A DNA stretch of 64,000 bases from the human T2T-CHM13v2.0 reference genome, Homo sapiens, in the NCBI GenBank assembly GCA_009914755.4, contig CP068257.2, positions 40,160,001 through 40,224,000 of the forward strand. The letters are read 5' to 3'. Positions 46,413-62,628 of this stretch are shown one piece after another. Each line of letters starts with the position of its first letter. The first letter of the stretch is position 1. A program made the position numbers and the translations under genes. The notes under the pieces were generated by a model. It did not search any database, was not told the DNA's origin, and saw nothing but the letters and a program-made list of their open reading frames with translations.

Positions 46413-48591
46413 TCACTCCTGCCAGGGCCTGGCCGAGCCCTGACCACGCGAGCAACGCCGGGGCGGTGGGTAAACTTCCCTGCGTGCCCATGGCAACCCG
46501 GCGGGAGAATTCGGTGAGAGATAGATTAATACAAGCATGACTAAAGGTTCCCTTCAACCTTGACAATATGAGTGGTGATTGGGATTCGGACGCGAGATGG
46601 TTTCAATCTACCTGTAATTTAAGAAGCCAATCTTAAGAAGCTGAAATACTCCAAAGCCTCACTCACACAGCCAGTGGAGAGAGGGTGGCCCTGGCATAGG
46701 GGCTGAGTCAGAGGTTGTGGTGCGCTGGCAGGGACAGCACTGTACAAGGCCCTCCGCAGGGGGCACAGGCATGTGCGGCTTGGTACACCTGACCGTGAGG
46801 CTGACACGCACCAGGGAACAGGGCGACCCAGCCCAAAGGCAGCCTCCCCAGCCCCGAAGAGGCGCCTTCACTGTGCCTGCCCAGGGCGGTGGGCAGCCTG
46901 CACTCCCAGGCCACCGTGTTCCCTCCACATTTGGGGAAGAACTACTGAGCCTGAACACAGCTCTGTAGTAAGCTGGTCAACGGTTCCCCTGTGATTCCAC
47001 CCTCACCAGATGCAGGGGTGACCATCCACCAGCTCCTGCCAGAATTCTAAAGGCCGGGCCAGAAGACCTCCCTGGCTACGAGAAAACTGCGCGGCTGGGC
47101 CAGCAGGGGGAGCAAAGGCCCCACGATGAAGCCCGCTGCCTGCACACACAGCTGCACAACTCCTGGCCTCGGGTGGGGACGGCACCTGCAGGCCTATTAC
47201 CAATGACCGAAGAGTGATTCCACCTGAAAAAGTTACTGTCAATCTTTTTGATTAAAAAAAAAAAAAGAGTGCCGGTCACTGCTGACACGCCCAGACCCCA
47301 GCACTTCCCTCTTCCTGCTTCTAAAATGAACATATTCCAAATTTCAAAACTAATACACAGTCACAGAAAACCCAGAAAATACAGAAGAGATGGCATCTCC
47401 ACATTCTGACCTCCCCACCACAGCCAGCATTGGTGACAGTAATGTTTTTTCTTCCATTTAACAAAGAAAATCTGCCAACAGTTTCAAAATAAACACAACT
47501 GCCAGACAGAGGAAATTTTAAAGCTTGCTCTACTGGGATTGTGAGTCAATCCATTTACAAATTACCGTGGGGAAAACTGATGTTTTTTAAATACTTATAA
47601 TTTCTAATCCCGAACAGGGGATGCCTTTTTTATAGCTTTCAATACCTGGTGTCATATTCTTACTGGCCACAGTAAGTTCTTGTAGATCATTCCTGAGTAG
47701 TTCAAGGCCCATGATGTGATTCTGAACAAGACGTTTTCCTCCACACACACAGAAAACCTACTGGCTGGGCCCCTGCCTCCACCTGCTGGTGACAGGCTCT
47801 CACGACTACTAACAGCCTCCCACTTGGTCCCTGACACTGACTAAGTCCCTGGTCAGGGCTAGAATTTCTGGAAAAAAATGTAAAGTAATAATATGCAACA
47901 GTGTTTCTTGCAACACTGTAATAATAAATGACTATAACAAAACAACCAGAAACTTTATAAAATAAAGGGTCTGGTTATATGAATCGTACGAAGGGCTTGA
48001 AAGATAAAACCAGGCAATATTTACATGTTCCGATATAAAAAGATCTCCAAGACGTATTTTCAAGTAAAAAAAAAATAGCAAAGTATCAAAAAAACAAATG
48101 AGCACAAGCATGCGCTGGTATGTACTAGCAACTGTTGCGTGATAGCACGATGACAATACTGGAATTTGGTATTCTGTAAAATAAATCTGGCAACTGATGT
48201 ATTAATGCCAGCATTTTATTTCAGCTATTCAGAATTCATTTTAAAAAACGATGCAACTAAATAATTAATACATTTCAAACACTAAAATGTCTACAACATT
48301 ATAAAATGTGGCTTTACCCCACACCCCTTGCCTCCCAGGGCATCTGGTGGCATTTGGGGACCTGCAGGGGACCCAGGTGTGGCTCCTCTCTGCCTGCCTA
48401 AGAGGCCCGGCCCTGAATAAGCCCCCACCCCTGCCCCTCCTGTCTCTACGCGCTACTCAGGACCCCTCCAGCCAGGCTCACCACACTGTCTTAAACATTT
48501 TACTTCTTGGGGGCATTGGGGAGGAAAGGGGAGGAGCAGGTGGTGAAAGGGGCTGGGAGCTTAAGGCAGACGCGGATAAAGAGCAAGCCAG

Positions 48592-48695
48592 CCTGTCCCG
48601 CTAAGGCAGGCAGACACTGCTACCGACATTCTGTTCAGAGAAACCACCTGTCCCGCTAAGGCAGGCAGACATTGCTACTGACATTCCGTTCAGAG
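48592..48695 (+). repeat. 2 x roughly 50-bp tandem duplication.
   Basis: 'cctgtcccgctaaggcaggcagacactgctaccgacattctgttcagagaaaccac' is followed by 'ctgtcccgctaaggcaggcagacattgctactgacattccgttcagagaaaccac'. Confidence 0.9.
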
Positions 48696-49615
48696 AAACC
48701 ACCGCAGTGGCTCTGCGAGGACCGGCTGGGGTTTGAGGGGAGAGTAACTATGCCACCTTCCAGACCTGTTTGTATTGTTTAAAAAATATGTCTTGGCGAG
48801 GTGCATGCGCTGCTTTTTTTTTTTAATAACCACCCATGTGCCGTCCTTGCGCAAAGTTACCCTGGAGGAGGGGCAAGAGCCTGTGCTGGCCTCTGAGGTG
48901 AGGAACAGAGGGCCAGGAAGTGGGGAAAGGAAAGACCCCCTTTCTGGCCTTTTCTGCAGGCAGTTCTTTCAGGCTTTGACACGCAGCGTTATTCTACGGG
49001 TGCTCATAGGGGTCACCCGGCGAGTGCAGTTCATGCAGCTCCTGTGTTTCCAACACACTGTCACCGGGACAGCATGAGCAGGGTCGCTTGAAACAGCCCA
49101 AGACAAACCTGCCGCTCCAAAACTTTTAGGAAGTTGTTTTAAAAAAAAAATAAAAACAGGAATGGGTTAAAATTATGATGTGTACTGGAATTATCTTTGT
49201 ATTTTGCTTACTAAGTTGAGACATCTTATTACTAGGTTTGTTATTAATGAATGTTCTGTCGTTACAATGAAGATTCCTCGGCCGTGGTGAGTTTCTCTCT
49301 CACCACGCAGCCGATTCTAGTCTGCGTAGTGAATACACTGAGGGTTTTGCATCTACTGTCAGACCCCGTGGTGGCTTTGGGAATCATTCTATACTTTAAA
49401 CAATTAGATCCTGCATTATTTTCCTACTTTTAAAACGATTTGTTTGTGCCTTTAAATTTATCACATCTTTCTGCTTTCTGGACTACTTGATTTTTCTTGC
49501 AGATTCCTGATTTAAATGCTGCCTCGAGTCCTTCTTTCCTTAAGTAAGCGACTGAAGCCTATGGGCTTCCAGGGCCACACTCTGGCAATGCCTCTCGCAC
49601 TATGGTAGATACCTT

Positions 49616-49960
49616 GGTCACATCCCCTTCCAGAGCCCTGCAGCTGGGCGGCCTGGCTGAGCCTGGCCCGTGGCCCCCGGCACCCACACCCACCTTTCCC
49701 ACACTCCCAGTTCTCGCTCACATCCCCTCCCAGCGCCCTGCAGCAGCTGAGCGGCCTGGCTGAGCCTGGCCCGTGGCCCTGGCGCCTGTACCCACCTTTC
49801 CCACACTCGGCCCGTGGCCCCGGCCCCCGCCCCCGCCACACCCACCTTCCCCACACTCCCAGTTCTCGCTCATGTCCCCTTCCAGCACCCTGCAGCAGGG
49901 TGGCCTGGCTGAGCCTGGCCCATGTCCCCAGCACCCGTACCCACCTTTCCCACACTCGGC
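49616..49960 (+). repeat. About 3.3 copies of a roughly 100-bp tandem repeat whose last copy is the real exon-intron junction of exon 49945-50064. Each copy retains a junction-like 'cccacctttcccacactc' core.
   Basis: Copies start at about 49616, 49717 and 49869 ('tca[ct]atcccct[tc]ccagagccctgcagc..ggcctggctgagcctggcccgtggcc...cacccacctttcccacactc'). The terminal copy reads 'gcacccgtacccacctttcccacactcggcacacag'. In gene sense this is 'GAGTGTGGGAAAGgtgggta', the exon end plus donor. Confidence 0.85.
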
Positions 49961-50064
49961 ACACAGGTACTCGCGGACGTTGTCGTGCACACGCATGTGC
50001 TCCTTCAGCATGTCCTTCCTGGCAAAGGACTTCCCACACTGCTCGCAGGCGTGGCTCTTCACAC
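49945..50064 (-). CDS. PRDM15: Coding exon with one finger plus the N-terminal half of the next: (G)[39 protein letters not shown](G).
   Basis: Boundaries are acceptor ctgtgttctcag|GTGTGAAG and donor GGGAAAG|gtgggt. The exon is 120 bp (2 + 39 codons + 1). The finger is completed by the next exon as [21 protein letters not shown]. Confidence 0.85.
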
Positions 50065-50200
50065 CTGAGAACACAGGCATCTGCCACTCAGAGCCGAGCA
50101 GCTCCGACCTGCAGTGGCTGCAAAGAGGATGCACCAAGGAGAGGGGCCCAGCCTCCCCAGCAGCTAGAAGCGCAGTAACAGGGGTGGGGTCGCCTCTTCA

Positions 50201-50614
<414 letters not shown>

Positions 50615-51428
50615 TCATCTGCAAAGGTGAGGCAACAAGGTGCCACGGGGATGATAAAAGAAGCAGATATTTGAGCCTCTGCCACGGGCTCAATCGTAAC
50701 CCCCCGAATTCCTACATCGAAGTCTTAACCCCGGCACTTCACAATGTGACTATGTTTGGAGATGGGGTCTTTGCAGAGGTGATTACATGGAAAAGAGGCC
50801 ATCAGGGTGGTCCCTGACCAATCTGACCAGTGTCCTTATAAGAAGATGAGATTGGGCACAGACACGCACAGTGGAACGGCCCTATGAGGACACAGGGAGA
50901 AGACGGCATTTAAGGGCCAAGGAGAGAAGTGTCAGAGGAGGCGGCCCTGCCGCCACCGTGACCCCTGAGCTCCCGCCTCCAGGACTGAAGATGGTAAGTG
51001 TCTGTTGTTTAGGCTGTGCCGGCTATGGTTCTTTGTTAGCGCCCCTGCACGGGACTGTTTAGTCACTCACTCAGCAGACCGCGCAGATTATGGCCTGTAT
51101 GTCAGATGTGGCCTGGCATTAATGAAATCTAATTGTTGCAGGAAAAAGCATTTTGGGTCATTCTGTAGGCAGGGCAGGAACCCCGCTATTTTCCTGTAAC
51201 ATGGCCAGCTGGTGCCAGGAGACTATGCGGAAGCACAGGATAAACCCCAGCCCTGCTGCCCCTAGCCCAGCTGCCCCCGAGCCCTGCTGCGCCCCCAGCT
51301 CTGGCCCTGAGACCCAGAGGACATCACTTGTTGGAAGCTACAAATGGCTCCTTATAGCATGTGTCTCTTTGCAAGGAAGCATGTCCCCTCTCTCCTGACA
51401 CAACCCGGGAGCCCCCGACCAGGCCTCA

Positions 51429-51731
<303 letters not shown>

Positions 51732-52010
51732 TCAGAGGCTTGATGGGGAACTTTTCCGAAGCCATAAGGCCTCATGCCCAAAACTCAAGAGCACGGGTGT
51801 CCTCGGAAACAAACCACCCTCCTTTTTGGAGAGCCCCTTCCATGCACAGGGGAGGCCTCGTGAGGGCTTCAGGCCTCAGCAGGGAGGAGGAGGGGGAGGA
51901 GAGAAGGGGAGGGGAAAAGGGGAGGAGAGAGGCGCCCCAGCCTGTAGCCAGCACAGCCACCTTCTAGGAGGCCGACCCCCACACTTCATGTGTGTTCCTG
52001 AACCGTGTCA

Positions 52011-52427
<417 letters not shown>

Positions 52428-53112
52428 CTAACAGCGCAGCAGACGCTTCACTCAGTTATCTACACCGCAGGGACGACCAATCATTTCCCCAGATGCAGAA
52501 GAAAATGCCTCTCTGATGCCCGTGGCGCCCTAACGAGCTACACTTGTGCCCTAGCCCATCCCAGCTTGTCCCCAGAGGTCCCCACCTAAACGCTAAAGCT
52601 GCCCTTGCTCTCCACGCCGCCCGCGGCTTCCTCTCACATGCGCCCAGCAAGATCCCAATCTGTGCCCAGGGCCAGGCACTGCTGGGAAGTCCCCCTAGTG
52701 AGTCTCCCATACCACCTGTTACTTTTTCAGTTCTTGATCAGCGCTTCTCCCAGCCTTTATCACACCTCAAGTCCTCCCTGCTCCCGGGGCTTCTGCTCCG
52801 TTCCTCTCTTTCCTCAAAGGTGGGGAGGGACACAGATGCCAGCACCGGGCTGAGAAGCAGCCACGGCGGGAGAGCAGTACTTCAAGCCTGGCAGTTGGGC
52901 CACAGGAGGTGAGGCCATTGCAGTCACAGAATTCATTTTGGAGAGATAAAATGCGACCAGTTGTCAACTATTTGAGGACGCTGCTGTGGTCTGAATACTT
53001 GAACCCTCCCAAATTCCCATGTTGAATCCTAACTCACCAGGAAATGGTATCAGGAAGCAGGGCCTCTGGGAGGCCATTAGGTCATGAGGCTGGAGCCCTC
53101 AAGATTGGGATT

Positions 53113-53412
53113 TGGGGTGGGGCATGGTGGCTCACGCCTGTAATCGCAGCACTTTGGGAGGCTGAGGCAGGCGGATCACTTGAGGTCAGGAGTTCAAGAC
53201 CAGCCGGGCCAACAAGGTGAAACCCTGTCTCTACCAAAAATACAAAAATTAGCTGGACATTATGGTGGATGCTTATAGTTCCAGCTACTTGGGAGGCTGA
53301 GGCGGGAGAATCACTTGAACCCAGGAGGTGGAGGATGCAGTAAGATCTTGCCATTGTACTCCAGCCTGGGCGACAGAACGAGACTCCGTCTCAAAAAAAA
53401 AAAAAAAAAAAG
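53113..53412 (+). mobile_element. Alu, intronic between exons 52410 and 53681.
   Basis: 'ggggtggggcatggtggctcacgcctgtaatcgcagcactttgggaggctgaggcaggcggatcacttgaggtcaggagttcaagaccagccgggccaac...gagactccgtctcaaaaaaaaaaaaaaaaa'. Confidence 0.9.
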
Positions 53413-53605
53413 AATGGGATTTGGGCCCTTATAGAAGAGATCCCTACCCTTCTACCATGTGAGGACACAGTGAGAAGGCGCCGTCTACGAACCAGGAAGT
53501 GAGCCTCGCCAGACACCGAATCTATGGGGGCTTTGGGGTCTAGCCTCCAGAACCGTGAGCAGCACATGTCTGCCCAGAAGCTGCCCTGCCCGCAGAACTC
53601 TGCTA

Positions 53606-53875
<270 letters not shown>

Positions 53876-56299
53876 TCAGGCTCCTCTGGGGAAACCACAA
53901 CCCGGGACGGAAACACAGCACTGTGCTCCAGGCCTTGCATCTCCAGTTCCTCAGTGTGTGAGAGACACAAATAATCACTGATGCCGGAATAAGGGTTACT
54001 TGCTGAATTGTGTAAACAGGTGCTTACGTTACAATAGAAAATTGACCATTTCCTAGTCTTTATTATAAATGTTAGTTCAGCTCCATTTTTTTAAGCCCAT
54101 TTAAATATTTCCCTAGGATGGACTACCAAGGAACCAGCAAACCACAGAAGTACCTGCAATTTTCTGAAAGGAGATATCAAAAAAGAAAGCTAGTTACCCC
54201 CTTGGCTTTTATACTGTGTTTAATGCACATTCCCAATGTCTCTGATTTCCTGCTCTTTCCAGCCTGGCATGATGGGTGTGGAGATGCACCCATTCATCCA
54301 ATACGCATCCAAGGGGGTCACCTCTGTGACCAGGGCTGGGGTTGGCGCTGGGTGGTCCACATGACAGATGTGGCCCCACTGGCACAGAGCAGTGGACAAG
54401 GCTGGAAGCTGAGACCACTGCTAGGGCCCTAGAAACCCCAGCGCTCCACAGAACTCTGCGGGTCTCTATCTGGATGGCTATTCCCAGCGGCCACGTAATC
54501 CGGGGTGTGACCTCCTAAAGTTCGCCTGATGCCCACATTGTCAAGAAGAGAACAGATGAATGAAAAGAAATGAGTGATTCGCTAGGGACAGGATGCCGGC
54601 ATCTCCAGGCGACATCTCTTTCCAAGATGTGCAGATGACTCGGGCTGACAGCGCTGTGCCCCATCCCAGGGATGCTAGGTGGGGCAATGCGACAGGGTGA
54701 AAGGTGAGCAGGAGAGGACAGAGTCTGCAGATGTCATGGTCTTTACAGGGAAGACTGGGCTGAAGACGACTAATAACTGGAAACAACAAAGAATTCAGTC
54801 ACCCAAACTACAGGCTATTTCACACCTGCCTCAACCCTCAGTGTTTATTCAATAAACACTTCACAGAATAAAAACCTGTTTGGATGTCAGGCACAGAGCT
54901 GGTTTTGCACAAACGATCTCTCAACAGCATGGAAGGCACTTGGAGCCGGTACCCCCCAAGGGGCAGAGGTCAGTGGACAGAAAGACTGGGGACGGGGGAT
55001 AAGGGGCACAGGCTTCGCCCACCTCTGCCCTGTGCATAGCTGGCCCAGCTCGCAAAGTCACTCCAACTCACCTGCTCTACCCCAGCCCTGCCCCTCCAGC
55101 CCACAGTCCGGAGCCTCACCTGGACCCCCAGCCACACCTCCCTGCTCACTCATTTGCTCAGGCTTGCTCTGTGGTTTGAAAAAAATCAGGAAATTTCATA
55201 TAAACACTGAGATTTCCATTTTCTCTTTAAAAGGTCAAAAGCTCGGTGATGATGCTGCATGCTGGAAGGCAGGACGGCGGGGACGGTGACAGCGGGCCTC
55301 CTGCGGGGGCCTGTGCTCCCAGCTGCTGAAACGCTGGATGAGCGTCGCTCCGGGGCTCACGTGAGCTGTGTGTGGCTGGGGCACCCTCCCCTTGGCGGCT
55401 CCTAAAGCCACTTGAGCGACGTGCTGGAGCTGCTGGGCCCAGAGCCCGCTTGGGAGCTGCTCAGAACCCTTACTCTGCAGCATGAGCTTTGCATCCTGTG
55501 AGGGACAGTTCCTAGGCCTCCGAGGACAGATGACATCTTACAGTCACCTGAGTGAAAGCTAAGTAACAAAGAAGTGATGCCACCTCCAGTCACAACCAAG
55601 GTGCTTCTGCACAGAACTTGGGGCCATGGCAGCCTGACAGCTGTGAGGACCACGGCATGGACCCCAGGCTCTCCCGGGACGCGCAGCGTGTTTGCTGGAT
55701 GTTTAGGATCCAGCATCTCTGCCAAGCAGCCAGGTGTCTGAATCATGAGCTAGTGCCAGGATGGCCCCCCTCACCGTGCAGCCCTCGGATGGATGTGCTC
55801 CCATGGATGACATCACCCTTTCCTCTCTTGGGCAGCGCTGGGCATCCACTGAACGTGCCTGGGAGCACCTGCCATGGGATCGGCCATGCTCTAACTTACA
55901 GAATGCCAGCCATCCACTGCACGGAGGAGACCGGCACTGACAGGCAAAATAAAGCCACTGGGTCCCCCTGCGTCCTCATTCATTGTGCCCCAGTCCTGAC
56001 CACAAGGTCACTGTCTCAACGATGCTATACAGGAGAGTGGGAGCCAGGGAGCAGCTCAGGAGGAAAATCATGGCAAAGAGGAAAAGAGGCTGTCCAGGAA
56101 GAATCCTTCTTTCTCAGCCCACTCACTGGAAACCCATCTTAAGTACCAAAGAAATCCAAATGGCAAGTGTTTAAAATGGGTGGACACCAGTTTAAGACAA
56201 CCTGAGCACCCATCGTTACCCCCCAAATCTTCCTTGCAATATTCTATAAGTACAGCTCATAGAGTCTTAACTGAAGAAAATGATGTGCTTTCCATCTCA

Positions 56300-56560
<261 letters not shown>

Positions 56561-57744
56561 TTAAGTAACATCACTTGCACACTGTTTGGCATCAGCACTA
56601 ACCACCATTCCTGAAGCAGCCCCAGGGAAGGAAGGGAGATGGCACAACGTATGTGGGATCTGCCGAGACAGTTCTCGCATCTGAAACATTTGGAAATATA
56701 ATGGCATCGAGTGCTAAATGTTCCTAGGTGGCAGAGCTATGATGAGCTCCTATGGAAGAAGGCACTTCTAACTCCATCTAAAGGCTCAAAGCCAAGTTAT
56801 GATTCTTATAGATAGTGAAATAGGCAGGCATTTTTTATTTAAAAGATACTAATATTCATCTCTCGCAAATTAACATTAGTCAAATCAACATCAGGCTGGT
56901 AAATACAACCTTTATGGTTTTGAGGCATATTGTTCCAAATTGGGATCAAGACAGACTTTTAAATGTTCATGCAAAACAGGTAAGTTTTGACCAAAAGAGA
57001 GAAACCCACTTCTCAGGATCTCTTTCTACACTGCCGACCCATTCTGGGAGCATTCCTGCCTGGCCAGGTGTAAGTGCAGAGTTGGATTTAAAAATGCTCA
57101 GCAAACTGGACGTTGGACAAACGGACCGTTCTCCAAAGGCTCCCAGCATGACAGACACAGGAGTCTGAGGCGCAGCTTAGACTAAGCTCCAATATGAGGG
57201 ACAAACCCATAAAACAGTCACAAAAACATGAGTTTACTCCCACAGAAGACGACCCGAGTTACATTAAACTGTAAAATGCAACCCAGCTACACTGTGTCCC
57301 TGGAAACAGCTGACTTCTGGCAGCATCCACAGTTACTGGCATTTATGGGCGCTTGCCATGTGCGGGGTCCTGTGTGAGAAGTTTCAAGAGCAGGGTCTGG
57401 TGCAACCATCACAGCAATGCTAGGGGTTCAGGTCTGAGTACTGTCTCCCCTGCATAGGTGAGAAAACTGAGGCACAGTAGCTTGCTAAGGCTACCCAGTC
57501 ACTAAGTGGAGTCCAGGTTTGATTCGAGAGGCCCTAAGTATACCACCCAAGGAACCACAAAGAAAAACGTTGTCGGTCTTTATGAATCAACATGAAGAAA
57601 AGAGTTGAGCAAAAAAGGAAAGTGCTAAAAGGTACACAGGATGCAATTCCAGCCTTGTTTTTTTAAAAAAGGGACGAAGGCACATGCGTATGCCTATTTG
57701 GACGGACATGGTTATACTTCATTTTTTATTTTTGTATATATTTT

Positions 57745-58102
<358 letters not shown>

Positions 58103-58374
58103 TAATGAAAAGGTGTATGAAGGGCTGCTGCTCTTAGTTGCTCTTATACTGGTTTTTCCCACTTTCTGTCATATTGAAAGCATTTTTCACAATATCTAGT
58201 ATCTTTGAAAAAACACTTCTAATGACAGTGAAACACTGGACCCCACAAATCGTCCAGTTTTCTTAGCTCCTTCCCCAGTGTGGAACATTTAGGGTATTTC
58301 CAGCTGTTTCTCCTTGCGCACAGCAGGTCTGACACCTGTGTCTCAGCAACTTACTCTCCTGAGACAGGTTCTCA

Positions 58375-58749
<375 letters not shown>

Positions 58750-59099
58750 TCACGCAGGCACGCACGTGTGGCCTGAACGTCAATAAAGCGCGGGTGACGG
58801 GCATGAGAGTCACGGGGATGCGTGGCCAGGAAGAAAACAGCACCTGTGTGTCATACACTGTCTACCCCAGGAACTCACGATGCAGAGACGGGAACCCCGG
58901 TGCTTGAAAAGCAGACACGGAGCTCACCTTTCATCACCAAGCAACGCCAGCCGCCTCCCTCCCGGGCCACCCTGCCCCACAGCACCTGGGGACGATGACT
59001 CCACTTCCGTCAGGAAAGCTGCCCAGTCCAAAGCTTCCCCTGGGCCTGCACCCTCCACCCAGCATGACTGACTGACAGATAGAATGACCTACCTACCAA

Positions 59100-61080
59100 C
59101 CAACCAACCAACCACCCGAGCAACTGACCACCGACCAATGTGGCCGCCCCTGCCCCCAGGATCCCTGGTGTTGGCCCCTCCCAACTCCTTCCCCGTGGGC
59201 GGGCATCAATGTGCCCATATTCCCCCCTTCACCCAAATCCTCCTCAGCACACACACAATCACACACCACACAAATACAAACACACTCAACACACACCCCC
59301 CACACAAATACACAATCACACACACCACATACACACACCACACACACATGCCCCACACAAATACACAACCACACACACCACATACACACTACACACACAC
59401 GCCCCACCCAAATGCACAATCACACACACCATACACACACCACACACACACGCCCCACAGAAATACACAATCACACACACCACACTCAACATACCACACA
59501 CACATGCCCCACACAAATACACAAATACACAATCACACACACCACATACACACACCACACACACATACACATACATGTCACACACACCATCACACACTAT
59601 GCAAATACATACACACCCAACACACATCACACACACACACATGCCCCACACAAATACACAATCACATACCACACAAATAATATACTCAACACACCACACA
59701 AAAACACATGCCCCACAAATACACAATCACACACACCACAAATACACACATATTCAACATAAACTACACACACAATACACAAATAACACCACACACAGAA
59801 GCCACAAATACTCAACACACCACAGATGCAAGCCCCACACAAATGCACAATTACACCACATACACATTCAACACATCACACACATATAATCACACACCAC
59901 ACAGATACACTCAACATACACCACATACACAACCCACAAACAGACATTCAACACACACCACATACACTATCACACACCACACAAATACACCTGCACTCAA
60001 TACACACCACAAATACATTCAACACATACCACACATACACCCCAAATATACACACACCACACAAATGTACTCATACCACACACACGAGCCCCACATAAAT
60101 GCACTATACCACATACACACACATTCAACACACCACACACATATAATCACACCACACAGATACACTCAACATACACCACACACACCCCACATACACACAT
60201 TCAACACACACCATATACATTATCACATACCACATACACACACACTCAACACACACCACACACAAATATACATTCAACACACACCACTCACCCCAAATAC
60301 CCAATCACATACTACACAAATACACAGTCAACACACACCACATAAACATACACTCAACACATACTACACAAACACACATACTCAACACACCACAGAAATA
60401 TACAATCATACAACGTACACCCACACATTCAACACACACACCACATACATACTCAACATACACCACAAACTCAACACACACCACACACAAAAATACACAT
60501 TCAACACACACCCCACACAAATACACACACAACACACACATTCAACATACCCCCAACACAAATACACACATTCAACACAAACCACAATCACACCACACAC
60601 TCAACACACACCACACACACACCCCCCACACAAATACACACTCAACACACACATCCACATACATGCCCCACACAACACATACTCAACACATACACCACAC
60701 ACAACCCACACACAAATACACACACAACATACAAACACATACGCTCAGCACACCAAATACACACACCACACATAAATACACAATCACATATCACACACAC
60801 CAAATACACACTGAACACATACCACACACATACACCACACACACACTGAACACATACCACACACACATAATACGCCACACCAAATACACACCACACACGA
60901 ATACACACAAATCACACATACCACAAATACACTCAACACACACACCACACACCTCATATTCAACACACACCACATACACACAAACACACCACAGAAATAC
61001 TCAACACACACACCACACAAATACTAAACACACACCACACAAATACATCCACACACCACAGAAACACACAGCCACACACA
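59100..61080 (+). repeat. About 2-kb degenerate CA-rich tandem array, with many diverged copies of units such as 'cacacaccacacaaatacacaatcacacacaccacatacacac(at)gccccacac'. It is intronic, upstream in gene sense of exon 58533-58700.
   Basis: Continuous A/C-dominated sequence with recurring 'caaatacaca', 'actcaacacacaccac' and 'cattcaacacacaccacatac' motifs. It yields the 355-aa and 249-aa H/T/P/N artefact ORFs on + and Cys/Val-rich ORFs on -. Confidence 0.9.
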
Positions 61081-62628
61081 GTCCATGAAGCTTCCAGAAA
61101 CACCTATATCCCTGCATCCCAGACCTCATCTCCAGCCCCTCCTGGAAGGTAGCCAGTCAAACTGTGGTTTCGGCTCCGCCCAGGACACTGACAGCCCCCC
61201 AGTGCCATCTGTCCCTCTGACTCTCACACAGGCACCTCGGGGGTCCTCACTGCCCAGTCCCTCACCCTGCAGCAGCAGCCCCAGGTCCCCTCGCCCTGCC
61301 CCCATCCATCAGATGTCTCACCAGTTGACGGCGACCCCGGGGCCCAGCAGAGCTGCATTCTCCTCCCTGTGTCGCCAACGTGGGAGGACATGACAGCTGG
61401 GTGACCCAGGAGCGGGGCACCAGAGCAGACTGCACTTCTGGGCCCCTGGGCTCTCACCCATGGACCAGCTCCCAGGCTCAGTGTTTGCCAAATATACAAA
61501 TCCCCAAAACTGCACTGAAAGCTGCCATTTGTGCAAAGCAGCCGCCCTGCGCCTGTCCCTCTCTGCTGCCCGAGGGAGCCGCCACAGAGTGTCTCAGGGT
61601 CCCCCTGTCTAGGGTTTCCCTGCCTCAGCGTTTTGGGCCAGATCCTTTGTTGTGGGCCACCCTGTGCACCGTGGGATGCTGAGCAGATACCGGGCTTCCA
61701 CCCAGTAGGTGCCAGGAGCACCCCTCCCCACCAAGGTGTCTGCAGACATTGCCGACAGCGTCCCTTGGGGCAAACGCCCTCCACTCTCCACCCCCGCCAG
61801 GTAGAGATTCACTGGCCAGGGCTCACAAAATGAGACTCTCTGGGGTGGGCCTTGGGCCTCCGCATGTGTCTGGCCTCACTCAGGTGATCCCAATGTGCAG
61901 CCCAGGTTGGGGGTGAGGGAAGCAGACAACCTCCCCCGGGAGAGCCAGGCGCTCTCAACTCCTCCCAGCTGGGAATGGACAAGGCATGGCCGACAGCGAA
62001 GACAGGAGACAGCAGTGGGGAAATCTATGCCCCATGGGTGCCACCCTCAGGACAGGGGAAGCGCTGGGAGGGGACAGTCCCCTCCCACAGCTCCAACCAC
62101 GGCAGGACAGTGGGAGGTGGCCTCTGCCAGGGCTGAACACAGTAGAGGTGGCCCTGTGCGAGGCTTCTCTGCCCACATCCCACCCCACCTGCAGCGTGAC
62201 CTCAGCCCAGAGCCAGCCTCACCTGGGCCATAAGAGGAGCACCGTGACAGATGCTACGCTGAGTCCCAGCCTAACATACTGCTTGCCTTCCTTCTATAAA
62301 GTGAAACATTATCCATACAGCCACTGCCCTCAGTTTCGTTTTGGCTTAAGATTTGATGGGCTCTGTCCGGATCCACACGACCGCATGGTATGTGTCCTTC
62401 ACACACTGCGTCTGAGGCGTGCGTGTTTACAGTGCTGGACGTTTTCATGATCACTTTAATGGCTACGTGATATTCCATCCAGCTCACTTCTCAAAACTCA
62501 CTTTGCTATTTTTGACACTGTAGATAATTTAGTGATGGAATCTTTAGTAATGCAGATTTTTTTCTTCTGTCAAATCTCTTTATCATGAATTCTTAGGAAT
62601 GGGACCACTAGAGCCAAGCGCTTTGTGA

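Noticed and set aside
59084-61088. 355-aa, 249-aa and 198-aa H/T/P/N-rich plus ORFs and Cys/Val-rich minus ORFs.
   Set aside because: They are artefacts of the roughly 2-kb CA-rich degenerate repeat.
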